From a virus (taxonomy: Duplodnaviria > Heunggongvirae > Uroviricota > Caudoviricetes): a DNA stretch of 37,461 nucleotides. Under the pieces are notes generated by a model. It was not told the origin of the DNA and ran no database searches. It worked only from the letters and a program-made list of their open reading frames with translations. Below are positions 20,030 to 28,678 of the stretch, piece by piece; the stretch's first letter is position 1; every line of letters begins with the position of its first letter. The stretch lies in IMG/VR virus record IMGVR_UViG_2875703104_000006; one strand, given 5' to 3'. Made by a program: the position numbers and the translations under genes.

Positions 20030-20984
20030 CTATCGCGTTACCCTCTTTAACTGCCGCTCCGCCCATGCCTCTTCAATGTCAAACCGAACCACCAACGTAT
20101 CGTAAAAGCGTTTCACTGATTTTTTCCACGTATCAAGCGTGATAGCACTCGTCACTTTGCATATGGCATTAAATGCCTCCGTTGATGGCAGCCTTTCACA
20201 GCCACGACCACCACAACGCTGGCAATCTCTGATAACAGGCATACCACGTTTTACCGACTCTTCACGATGAATGGCGACACCACGCCCACGGCAATCCTTA
20301 CAGGCGGTGGAAACCTCACCCTTTCCGCCACACTCCGGACAGGCAACTTTTACCACCTCCCTGACTTTTTTCCATACCACGTTTTACCGACTCTTCACGA
20401 TGAATGGCGACACCACGCCCACGGCAATCCTTACAGGCGGTGGAAACCTCACCCTTTCCGCCACACTCCGGACAGGCAACTTTTACCACCTCCCTGACTT
20501 TTTTCCATTCTTCCCAGTAAGACGGATACACGCCTTTTGTGCACTTTGCCCACACTGGTGGCTTACCATCCGGATACTGGATCTTGTTTGTAAAAACCTC
20601 GCTTTCAATAAATTTTTTTCCGTGACAGCAGGGGCACTGTTTTTTGCTCGCCGCGCTACGGGCATAATCTTCAAACGCATACGAAGCCATAATGCGCATC
20701 ACTACCGGTTTTATTTCTGCCGGAAGTTTTCTCAACGCCGCCACACGATCGCACCGACTGAGTGCATAATCTGCCAGTAATTCTGTTGCCCGCGCCCTGT
20801 CATTCATACTGATGCCCATTTTCCCCAGGAACGCAGAAAACCCCATCTCAGCCCGATTCTGTGTCATGCCCTGCGCGGCCATCACATCAGTGATACTCAG
20901 CGCATCTTTTGACGTTGAGGCCGATGCATCGGTCAGGCCAGGGGATTTTGGGGAGTAGTATTTCGGTAAATCTTCCAGTTTCAT
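20030..20984 (-). CDS. Q: Antitermination protein Q (lambda Q family), copy B; frame interrupted by a 133-bp exact tandem duplication
   Basis: N-terminus MKLEDLPKYYSPKSPGLTDASA...DVMAAQGM resembles the lambda Q N-terminus; zinc-binding Cys cluster; duplication splits the gene into ORFs 20316-20984 and 20030-20380. Confidence 0.8.
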
Positions 20985-21355
20985 TTTTTGACCTGCTCTT
21001 CATGCATTATGGGGTAAATCTTCACCCCCATACGTCCACCAGATACTGGCTGACCACGAACGATATTGATTTCATCAAACTGCTCATCGTCCATTAACAC
21101 TCCCGCATGCGTCAGCGCATCCAGCGGTGCTTTCAGGATATTGTCCAGGTCGCGACGACGCTTATCCGGTGGCTCTGCAATCACCTTTATCGCCAGCCTT
21201 CCGGACAGGCTTAATTTCAGCCGCTGCTGGCGAACAATAAGCGCCACAGCCCGGCGATAACGCTTTCCCTCCTCCGAGATAAAATATGTGCTGCCACGGC
21301 GTCGCCAGTAAGTGTTCACCGTCGGCGGGTAAGGTAAAACCAAATCTATGAGCAT
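20981..21355 (-). CDS. rusA: Holliday junction resolvase RusA
   Basis: 124 aa with RusA-family motifs (PPTVNTYWRR..., DKRRRDLDNILKAPLDALTHAGVLMDDEQ). Confidence 0.8.
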   Translation of the reverse strand: MLIDLVLPYPPTVNTYWRRRGSTYFISEEGKRYRRAVALIVRQQRLKLSLSGRLAIKVIAEPPDKRRRDLDNILKAPLDALTHAGVLMDDEQFDEINIVRGQPVSGGRMGVKIYPIMHEEQVKK

Positions 21356-21367
21356 CAGTCACCTCTT

Positions 21368-22414
21368 TTACCCAAGCACGCCAGTTGCAAAGGCGTGATC
21401 AAGAAAACGAAAAATTAAATCAACCTGAGAACCATGCTTTTCTTCGAACGCCAGAGGATCCGCATGAAGCTCGTTGTGATGCTCCCGACACAGCGGTAGC
21501 GTGAAAATATCGTGAGATTTTGTCCCCATTCCGCCCTGACCATGACCAATCAGGTGATGGGGATCGTCGGCTGGCTTACCACAACACGCACACGGCTGTG
21601 TCTTCACCCAGCGTGTGTATTTCTCGTTAACCCAGCGGCGACGTTTAGGTCGTTTCATGAAAGATTCCGGAGACTCAGGATCAACGGCAATGCTGACCAC
21701 CGTCTCTTCCTGTGGCGGGTTTTGCTGGTGGGCGTGAGGCAGCGGCGCAAGATTTTTTGTGCGCTGCTTCAGTATGCTGGTGGCGGTCTGCTCTCCCGGT
21801 ACGATGTCGCTTTCACGGTACATTGAGCGGATTTTTTCCGCACGCAACCCCAGCGAACGACGTAATACCGCTTCCGGTAGCGCGTCCGCCACCTGATTGC
21901 GGACCGCCCACCAGGATAATTCAGCCAGCGATAATTCCCGTTCCTGCGAGCCATTCATTGCATGGCGTATGACGTCAATCATCCATGCAGACAGGTTTTG
22001 GTGAGCAAGTTGCCCGAGTGATTCGGAGGTCTGGTCGCGCAGCTGGTTGTCGCAGTGCCAGCACAACACCATTGCGCCGGTACCATAACGGTGAATGACG
22101 GTTTCACTGTGGTGATAATCGCCGTGTGGCCACTGGCAGGATTTAACATGGCGCAGTAACCAATCAGACAATGCGCCAGCGCCACCAGCAGCACGAATCA
22201 CTCGTTCGTCGCTGAAAAATGGCAGTAATGATTTATCCTCCGCCAGCGGCTGGCGAACGGCAGGAACGACCCCGGACGGCAGATTACGCATGCTTTTCGG
22301 TTCCGGCTCCACCAGTACCCGGGTATTGTGGAATACCGGCATGGATTCACGGCCCGGCTTAACGATCACCAGCCCGAGTTCCGGTACCAGAACAGGTCGA
22401 AGTAATACCCGCAC
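21368..22414 (-). CDS. Lambdoid nin-region protein with HNH-like C-terminus (DUF968-like)
   Basis: C-terminal CACCGKPADDPHHLIGHGQGG...LPLCREHHNELH; family assignment by recall. Confidence 0.5.
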   Translation of the reverse strand: MRVLLRPVLVPELGLVIVKPGRESMPVFHNTRVLVEPEPKSMRNLPSGVVPAVRQPLAEDKSLLPFFSDERVIRAAGGAGALSDWLLRHVKSCQWPHGDYHHSETVIHRYGTGAMVLCWHCDNQLRDQTSESLGQLAHQNLSAWMIDVIRHAMNGSQERELSLAELSWWAVRNQVADALPEAVLRRSLGLRAEKIRSMYRESDIVPGEQTATSILKQRTKNLAPLPHAHQQNPPQEETVVSIAVDPESPESFMKRPKRRRWVNEKYTRWVKTQPCACCGKPADDPHHLIGHGQGGMGTKSHDIFTLPLCREHHNELHADPLAFEEKHGSQVDLIFRFLDHAFATGVLG

Positions 22415-22415
22415 G

Positions 22416-22700
22416 TTACCTCCAGATGCGTTGCTGGAATGTGCGGGACGGACGCGGTGGGCGTTCGGAATAAGGGAGTCTGACGTAGATTATCCAGTGA
22501 CGATAATCGAGGGTGAGGGCTTTCCTAAACTCATATCCACGTCTGCGGTAGTTATGAATCAGCCATTCGGCCTGTTCTTCAGTACAGGGATCGTGCTGAT
22601 ACCAGTCATATTTGAATGCGTGAGAACGCCACCCGTGCCTGCTGGCAAAGGCAGAATCAGAATTGCGAAATTTGAAATTATGCGCCATTGTCATCTCCAA
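22416..22700 (-). CDS. Hypothetical nin-region protein (94 aa)
   Basis: ORF abutting the downstream gene; Trp/His/Arg-rich; no motif recognised. Confidence 0.4.
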   Translation of the reverse strand: MEMTMAHNFKFRNSDSAFASRHGWRSHAFKYDWYQHDPCTEEQAEWLIHNYRRRGYEFRKALTLDYRHWIIYVRLPYSERPPRPSRTFQQRIWR

Positions 22701-22747
22701 TGGCGCTGCAGGTTGCCAGTTGTTCAGGCTGGCTCACGTATTATAAC

Positions 22748-22969
22748 TTATTCCCGAACTACCTTGAAACCGAGTCTTTCCAAGTATTCAATGAATGCCT
22801 CAACAGATAACACTACATGATCATCAGGAATTAACGCTGTGTAGGTAATACCCCCATTCTCAACGCGCACAGCATAGAGGCCATCTTCACTAAAAATTTC
22901 ACGTAATTCTTCGATTTTCATCAACAGAATCCTTCCAGATAAATAGCACTCCCCCTGTTCGGGGTCCAT
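22748..22969 (-). CDS. Hypothetical small protein (73 aa; possibly 57 aa from MKIEEL)
   Basis: ORF only. Confidence 0.35.
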   Translation of the reverse strand: MDPEQGECYLSGRILLMKIEELREIFSEDGLYAVRVENGGITYTALIPDDHVVLSVEAFIEYLERLGFKVVRE

Positions 22970-23058
22970 CCCTCTTCTCCCTGCGCGCTACTTAAGTATT
23001 TTTGATTCTATTCTGGCACCGTCCAAAACTTCAAACACGTTGAAAATAAAAACAAAAA

Positions 23059-23074
23059 ACCCGCCGAAGCGGGT
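23059..23074 (-). terminator. Rho-independent terminator (ACCCGC-cgaa-GCGGGT plus T-run on minus strand) 5 nt downstream of the HTH-peptidase gene
   Basis: Perfect 6-bp stem, tetraloop, 6 T's after it on the coding strand; identical core to 24894-24909. Confidence 0.6.
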
Positions 23075-23078
23075 ATAC

Positions 23079-24185
23079 TCAAACAATCTGGAAAATATTT
23101 CTTGGATTTGTAATAGGTCTGTTGATGGAGAACAACTCACGAATTAAATCTTGGCTCAAGCCAGTTTTCATAAGAATTCTTAGCCAGGTTGCATCATCCA
23201 GCATTTCAATCGCCTCGGCCAGCATGCCGGGTTCTTCAGGGCGCAAAAGTTCATCACCAGGTTCAACTCTCGTATACCCTCTGGAATTAAGATGCATATA
23301 GCCAGTTCTTGCCTGTTCCTGGGTCAATAAGCCTAATGCGCTGGCTCGATAAATACACATTTTAAGGCTGATTTTCCATCTAAGTTTAAATTCAACCAGA
23401 GCATTCCAGTCGAATTGCTTACCTCGTATTCGTGGAAATTCTTTAATGAAAGATAACCTGGGAACTAATAAGGCGCTCGAAAAGTGATCGGCTTGTGATT
23501 CCGTAAGTTTATCACCTGTCGTTATGCCCTCATGCATTACTAAATGCCCTAATTCATGACCTAAATCAGAGCGAAATCTACATATGCTTTTTTTAACATT
23601 GTTCCTGATGATAACAGGCCTGTTATTGTGAACAGTAAAAGCATCAACACGATCATCGACTCCCGTAACATGCGCAACGATTACCCCTAAACTCTCCGCC
23701 AATTTAACCATTGATGATATAGGGCCAAGACCTAAATTCCAGGCACGGCGACAATCTTCTGCCACTCGCTCAATATCATTCGGAGTAAGTAATTCAGCCC
23801 CTGGGTGCTCCGGTATGTTAACGTCAGGAAATTCGATTTCACCTTCAACAGCAGAAATTATAATATTAAGAATCTCAGCCCTGGCCAATACACTATTAGT
23901 CAGCGTTTGAGTCCTGGACTTCTTACTCCGAAAATGGCAGACATCACTTTCCAGAGCGTATTTTCGTTCAGTAAAAAGAAAACTGGACTTAATCATAAGC
24001 GCTGAAGATATTAACTCAAGACATTGCTCCGATGGCCTGCACCCCTTCTCCAGTTTGCTAACGAATTGCTTTGTCTTGCCAATTTTTTCGGCTAACTCTT
24101 CACAAGAAAGCCCAACAGCCATTCTCGCTAGTTTGAGCTTATCACCCCGATACTCAGTGAAGTTATTCACCTGATGTTCCATCAC
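23079..24185 (-). CDS. Fusion of N-terminal XRE-family HTH and ImmA/IrrE-type zinc metallopeptidase domain (COG2856-like)
   Basis: HTH region LKLARMAVGLSCEELAEKIGKTKQFVSKLEKG; peptidase motif DLGHELGHLVMHEG (HExxH). Low GC relative to flanks. Confidence 0.75.
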   Translation of the reverse strand: MMEHQVNNFTEYRGDKLKLARMAVGLSCEELAEKIGKTKQFVSKLEKGCRPSEQCLELISSALMIKSSFLFTERKYALESDVCHFRSKKSRTQTLTNSVLARAEILNIIISAVEGEIEFPDVNIPEHPGAELLTPNDIERVAEDCRRAWNLGLGPISSMVKLAESLGVIVAHVTGVDDRVDAFTVHNNRPVIIRNNVKKSICRFRSDLGHELGHLVMHEGITTGDKLTESQADHFSSALLVPRLSFIKEFPRIRGKQFDWNALVEFKLRWKISLKMCIYRASALGLLTQEQARTGYMHLNSRGYTRVEPGDELLRPEEPGMLAEAIEMLDDATWLRILMKTGLSQDLIRELFSINRPITNPRNIFQIV

Positions 24186-24813
24186 TGCTCACATCCAAAT
24201 CTTTATCCTTCGTACGCCGACGAAGAGGCACCTTATTAATCTCCGCTTCGTCAGGGAGTGTGTTATAATCAAGAGGCATAAGCGGCATCGATGCTGTAGA
24301 TTGATGAGAAACTATACTAATCTGAGCACCATAAGTATTAAATCCAACAAGAGCTACCTCCCAACGAGGCAGTGTGGACTCTAATTCACCATCGCCCTCT
24401 TCGGATAAAAAAGGCTCAGCTATGACTCGCCATGTAATATCTTGCTCAGCCTCAACATCACCAAACAATGAGAGCTGCTCATACTCTACTTTATTTCGAC
24501 GCAGACGATGTTTCTTTTTGGGGTTATTAATGCAATCTTTGGTAAATTGTAGCGGAACTTTATTTAAAGCAACTACATAGTCCAACCCCTTGGAAATCAT
24601 CTCAAGGCCAGGAATTGCATCTTCATTTTGAATAAGATGATTTCTGACCCAATCATAAGCCCTTACACCTTCAGACCAGTTGCTGTCTAATGCGTGCTTA
24701 TGATAGTACAGCTGCTCAAGTACGTTAGCGATCTCCGCCAACAAGTGGCGAACATAGTTTTCAGCAAGATAAGGTTGAAATTCCCAACAAGGAGCTAACT
24801 GATTTTCATTCAT
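24163..24813 (-). CDS. Hypothetical 216-aa protein, first gene of the two-gene cassette; 3' end overlaps the HTH-peptidase start by 23 nt
   Basis: Clean ORF, low GC, candidate promoter (TTGACA) in 24814-24890; no recognisable motif. Confidence 0.55.
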   Translation of the reverse strand: MNENQLAPCWEFQPYLAENYVRHLLAEIANVLEQLYYHKHALDSNWSEGVRAYDWVRNHLIQNEDAIPGLEMISKGLDYVVALNKVPLQFTKDCINNPKKKHRLRRNKVEYEQLSLFGDVEAEQDITWRVIAEPFLSEEGDGELESTLPRWEVALVGFNTYGAQISIVSHQSTASMPLMPLDYNTLPDEAEINKVPLRRRTKDKDLDVSSDGTSGE

Positions 24814-24893
24814 TTCAAGTTTCGCTTTTTTTAGAATTCGTAAACCACATATTTTCGCATTTTTCTATTTTTGTCAACCAGACTAATGCAAAA

Positions 24894-24909
24894 ACCCGCC
24901 GAAGCGGGT
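24894..24909 (-). terminator. Rho-independent terminator (ACCCGC-cgaa-GCGGGT plus T-run on minus strand) downstream of hok and upstream of the cassette
   Basis: Same 16-nt hairpin as 23059-23074. Confidence 0.6.
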
Positions 24910-24978
24910 TAAGTGCGGGTGCGTTGAGGATGCCTGGCACATCAGAGGTGGCGGGAGATTACTCCCCCGCCGGGTCTC

Positions 24979-25134
24979 TTACTCCTCAGGTTCGTAAGCT
25001 GTGAAGACAGCGACCTCCGTCTGGCCGGTTCGGATTCGTACCTCGCAGAGGTCTTTCCTCGTTACCAGTGCCGTCACAATGACGGTTAAACAGATGACGA
25101 TCAGGGCGATTAGCATCGCCTTTTGCTGCTTCAT
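24979..25134 (-). CDS. hok: Hok/Gef-family type I toxin (51 aa)
   Basis: MKQQKAMLIALIVICLTVIVTALVTRKDLCEVRIRTGQTEVAVFTAYEPEE: single TM plus conserved Hok C-terminal region; in-frame upstream extension consistent with a mok-like leader. Confidence 0.8.
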   Translation of the reverse strand: MKQQKAMLIALIVICLTVIVTALVTRKDLCEVRIRTGQTEVAVFTAYEPEE

Positions 25135-25425
25135 AGCCTGCTTCTCCTTGCCTTTCGGCACGTAAGAGGCTAACCTACGTGTGTAGAGCATAGATATGGC
25201 CTCAGATTAATGTTAAGCGTCTTGCAGGACGCGTAATGTTAACTGGGGCTTTTCTCTATCTGCCTTTTGGTGTTCATGCCTGAGACAGATAGCCTCAAGC
25301 ACCCGCTGCAATTCTACTTAACTCTCCTTTTCCCGCAAACCGTTTTTATCCCCAGCGGCAAATCGAATACACCACCAGCGCCACCGCCATCGCAATTCCT
25401 ACCGTTGTTAATGCTTCAGGCCAGG

Positions 25426-25770
25426 TCATCGTAAAATATCCTCCACGCTTATCAGTCCGTTCCGCTCCAGATAACTCATCGCCTTATCCGGTAATTTGCA
25501 GTCTGGCTTCGCTTTCCTCAGTTGCCAGGTTAACTGCTTTACCAGCATGGTTAACTCATCGACCAGACGCTGATATCCCACTGGTTTGTATTCATGCAAT
25601 TTACCGGCTGGCTCTGCTGCCAGCGATACCAGTGCGATTTCCAGAACAGCAATATCCATCTTATATGTGCGGATGATGTCATGGTCGATTGTGCCCGGTA
25701 TGCACAGTCTCTGTGCTTCAATAGTCTCCTCTGCGTGAGCTATTAACTGCTCTCTGGTAAAAGTCGTCAT
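25426..25770 (-). CDS. Hypothetical early-region protein (114 aa)
   Basis: ORF; N-terminus related to the adjacent 55-aa ORF ([15 protein letters not shown] vs [15 protein letters not shown]). Confidence 0.4.
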   Translation of the reverse strand: MTTFTREQLIAHAEETIEAQRLCIPGTIDHDIIRTYKMDIAVLEIALVSLAAEPAGKLHEYKPVGYQRLVDELTMLVKQLTWQLRKAKPDCKLPDKAMSYLERNGLISVEDILR

Positions 25771-25934
25771 GCCGTAGCCCCTTCTTGATATTTTTCAAAC
25801 CAGAACACAACCGGCTCTGCTTCCAGCGATGCCAGCGCAATCCGTGCCAGTTCCATTTGTTCACCACGGGTAAGCCCGTTTTCAAGCGGGTTTTTAATGA
25901 ACAATTCAATACGTTCTTTGGTAATAGTGGTCAT
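25767..25934 (-). CDS. Hypothetical small protein (55 aa), possible paralog of the N-terminus of the downstream gene
   Basis: ATG at 25932-25934; stop overlaps the downstream start (ATGA). Confidence 0.35.
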   Translation of the reverse strand: MTTITKERIELFIKNPLENGLTRGEQMELARIALASLEAEPVVFWFEKYQEGATA

Positions 25935-25944
25935 GTGTTACTCC

Positions 25945-26208
25945 TTAACCCGCAGTGCTTTCAACTGATGAGGGGAACAAAATCTTTTCATCAAACCCTG
26001 CATTCATATCATGGACAGCAACACACCAATCCATTGACGAACGATTATCAAGAGCCTCCATGATTTCATCCATGCGGCGCAGGTCATACAGGTAAATGCT
26101 TTTATCGCCAATGGTGTAAAAACCAATTTTTTTCGGTGATGGACAGCGATCAAGAACGTCCTGTAATTCGTTCAACCATGCCTGTTCTTTTTTTGTCAAA
26201 GTTGCCAT
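25945..26208 (-). CDS. Hypothetical protein (87 aa from MATLTKKEQ)
   Basis: ORF with ATG at 26206-26208. Confidence 0.4.
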   Translation of the reverse strand: MATLTKKEQAWLNELQDVLDRCPSPKKIGFYTIGDKSIYLYDLRRMDEIMEALDNRSSMDWCVAVHDMNAGFDEKILFPSSVESTAG

Positions 26209-26209
26209 A

Positions 26210-26428
26210 TCAGTTTTCCTTATACGGATTAATTTTATTGTGCAGTGTGTTGAACGGAGCCCATACCACGTCGTTATACAATTCAATAACTGGCTCAATT
26301 ATTTTTCCGATTCCCCATACCAGAATTAACGGGGATATCGGTATCATCAACACGATAAACAGAATGAGAAACAAAAATTCTGTCGCTCTACTTTTTCGCG
26401 GATATTCTTTTCTGAATAATGTAGGCAC
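26210..26428 (-). CDS. Small membrane protein (72 aa)
   Basis: Hydrophobic core FLFLILFIVLMIPISPLILVWGIG. Confidence 0.35.
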   Translation of the reverse strand: MPTLFRKEYPRKSRATEFLFLILFIVLMIPISPLILVWGIGKIIEPVIELYNDVVWAPFNTLHNKINPYKEN

Positions 26429-26429
26429 A

Positions 26430-26645
26430 TCACTCTCCTTTGTTGCTCCTCAAAATTTTATGCCCTGGCGCAAAAGCACGCGTTTTGTCGGCACTTATTC
26501 GCCACCCATCTTTACGTGCCTCTTTTGCACAGCCAGCCCATGACGTACCGATATACTCACCAAAATCTGGCGACTGATATTTGCCATCCGTACACTGGCG
26601 GCAATCACAATAGAGATGCATGGTATAACTTGCGGCAATACCCAT
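26430..26645 (-). CDS. Small Cys-rich protein (71 aa)
   Basis: CDC...C...C pattern (YCDCRQCTDGKY...WAGCAKE). Confidence 0.35.
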   Translation of the reverse strand: MGIAASYTMHLYCDCRQCTDGKYQSPDFGEYIGTSWAGCAKEARKDGWRISADKTRAFAPGHKILRSNKGE

Positions 26646-27005
26646 TCAGCCTCCTTTGATGCCCGTGTTTACAACCAGGCAGGCCTCCTTGAGTACCCAG
26701 TCAATAGCGTCTTTCCATGCTCCGGTTTCAACTGGCGGATCCTCACGCCGTACCTGTTCATAAAAGCGCACAGCTTTAACCAGTCCTTCTGATGTCACCG
26801 AAGCTGGCGGGGCCGTGAATAACGCCTGAATTTCATAGTTTGGTCTGTCGTTACAATCCTCTTTTGTCGGGACATATTTCCAGTCACCAACCCACTGCTT
26901 CCCCTGAAAGTCTGTAACGCCTTTTTTCACGTAGCGATATCGCCATGCCACTGGTTTTGCCTGCCCTACCTTTTCATGCCCTTCCTGATAATTAATCTCG
27001 CTCAT
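26646..27005 (-). CDS. Hypothetical protein (119 aa)
   Basis: ORF packed against its neighbours. Confidence 0.4.
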   Translation of the reverse strand: MSEINYQEGHEKVGQAKPVAWRYRYVKKGVTDFQGKQWVGDWKYVPTKEDCNDRPNYEIQALFTAPPASVTSEGLVKAVRFYEQVRREDPPVETGAWKDAIDWVLKEACLVVNTGIKGG

Positions 27006-27178
27006 TCATCGCCCCACTCATCACAATATGCTTCGACCGGTGTTTTCCCTGCTTCATAATCATCACGCCATGCTTCAGCATCAGCGGCACTTCCACCGCG
27101 TAACTCTGCATAATCCATTAACAGTTCATGCCATTCTTCAAAACTGGCGTTATATTTAGTTGAACCAAAATCAGCCAT
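27002..27178 (-). CDS. Small acidic protein (58 aa)
   Basis: MADFGSTKYNASFEEWHELLMDYAELRGGSAADAEAWRDDYEAGKTPVEAYCDEWGDE; start overlaps the upstream stop. Confidence 0.35.
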   Translation of the reverse strand: MADFGSTKYNASFEEWHELLMDYAELRGGSAADAEAWRDDYEAGKTPVEAYCDEWGDE

Positions 27179-27350
27179 TTTGTTCTTCCTCTTCGTCTTT
27201 TATTTCGTGGTATGAGTAATTGCAGTAGTTAAAGAAAATATCTTTAGCTTCATCCTGTATTTCATCTGGTGTTGCATCATCATCCACTTCGAATTCATCC
27301 TCGAAATCTCCACCGGCTATTCCCGTTTCAATANAATTTTCGCATTTCAC
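27171..27350 (-). CDS. Small acidic protein (59 aa, GTG start)
   Basis: Asp/Glu-rich ORF whose stop overlaps the next start (ATGGCTGA); contains one N. Confidence 0.3.
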   Translation of the reverse strand: MKCENXIETGIAGGDFEDEFEVDDDATPDEIQDEAKDIFFNYCNYSYHEIKDEEEEQNG

Positions 27351-27497
27351 TACCGCCCTTTCGGACGGCCTCCTGATGTTCTGAGGGTGCAGAAATCCCT
27401 CCGGTTAAGGATTTGATTTTATTTACAGTGCTAAATTTAATTATTCAGTTCTGGATTTTGTCGCCCTGCATATCCGCGCTTTCGCGTTACGCTCAAT

Positions 27498-27797
27498 CTA
27501 AATTAACTTTTCTATATTTTTCCGCCTTTCCTGTTCCTCCTGGCGCAATAGCCTTACATCATCTGCCAGTCTGGTTTCTCTTTTCGCCACAGAGAGCATC
27601 CAGTCAAACGGCTCCACAACTGCACCGCAGATTTTACAGCGGACCTGACGCTCTTTTTCGTCAACCCGAACAGAGGCGTGATGACAATATGGTCTTTCCG
27701 ATGGCTCATAAAGAAAATTAACCTGATTACGAGGGTCATCCTCTTTTACCGGAAATAAAACGATATTGCTTAACTCATCCTCTGGTTTTATTTCCAT
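27498..27797 (-). CDS. Cys/His-containing 99-aa protein, copy 1 of a tandem gene duplication
   Basis: YCHHASVRVDEKERQVRCKICGAVVEPFDW suggests a zinc-ribbon-like motif; protein identical to copy 2. Confidence 0.55.
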   Translation of the reverse strand: MEIKPEDELSNIVLFPVKEDDPRNQVNFLYEPSERPYCHHASVRVDEKERQVRCKICGAVVEPFDWMLSVAKRETRLADDVRLLRQEEQERRKNIEKLI

Positions 27798-27939
27798 GCT
27801 CCTCTCCTNCGGCCTCCTGATGTTCTGAGGGTGCAGAAATCCCTCCGGTTAAGGATTAAATTTTTAACAGAGCTAAATTTAATTATTCAGTTCTGGATTT
27901 TGTCGCCCTGCATATCCGCGCTTTCGCGTTACGCTCAAT

Positions 27940-28239
27940 CTAAATTAACTTTTCTATATTTTTCCGCCTTTCCTGTTCCTCCTGGCGCAATAGCCTTACA
28001 TCATCTGCCAGTCTGGTTTCTCTTTTCGCCACAGAGAGCATCCAGTCAAATGGCTCCACAACTGCACCGCAGATTTTACAGCGGACCTGACGCTCTTTTT
28101 CGTCAACCCGCACAGACGCGTGATGACAATATGGTCTTTCCGATGGCTCATAAAGAAAATTAACCTGATTACGAGGGTCATCCTCTTTTACCGGAAATAA
28201 AACGATATTGCTTAACTCATCCTCTGGTTTTATTTCCAT
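27940..28239 (-). CDS. Cys/His-containing 99-aa protein, copy 2
   Basis: Differs from copy 1 at three coding positions, all synonymous. Confidence 0.55.
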   Translation of the reverse strand: MEIKPEDELSNIVLFPVKEDDPRNQVNFLYEPSERPYCHHASVRVDEKERQVRCKICGAVVEPFDWMLSVAKRETRLADDVRLLRQEEQERRKNIEKLI

Positions 28240-28678
28240 GCTCCTCTCCTTTGATGCGAATGCCAGCGACGCGTAATGCGTGTTCTAAGTCAATCAGGTA
28301 AAGCCAACTGCCATTTTCTTTAGGTATCATGACATGTCGCTCATCTGCATTTATCGGGTGTCCATATCGAAGGTCGTAGCGAGTCGGTAATTGAACTTCC
28401 CGCGCTTCCAGTTCAGCAATACGCTTGCTCCCATCAGAGATAACGCCTTCGTAATACTCACGCTGCTCGTTGAGTTGTGATTTTGCTTCTTCCAGTCCAT
28501 CCAGCAAATCAGCGATAATATCCGCTTCCCGATGACGGATGTGACGCTTAAACGCAGCAAGAGCCGCATCACAATCCCGTTCAGCATTTGGGCTGTCCGG
28601 GATAGCCTGATACCACGCCAGCGTCGACTGATAGTTTTGTGCTGCCTCACGAAGCGCCTCATAGTTAACCTCTCTCAT
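28217..28678 (-). CDS. Hypothetical protein (153 aa)
   Basis: ORF; helical, charged. Confidence 0.4.
   Translation of the reverse strand: MREVNYEALREAAQNYQSTLAWYQAIPDSPNAERDCDAALAAFKRHIRHREADIIADLLDGLEEAKSQLNEQREYYEGVISDGSKRIAELEAREVQLPTRYDLRYGHPINADERHVMIPKENGSWLYLIDLEHALRVAGIRIKGEEHGNKTRG

Noticed and set aside
1793-20510. Reading the exact 129-133-bp tandem duplications as biological repeats (for example Ig-like domain repeats in J or Stf, or a programmed frameshift in Q)
   Set aside because: Perfect identity, uniform read-length-scale size, a 150-bp period with fixed 21-N spacers, and non-multiple-of-3 lengths make a technical origin far more likely.
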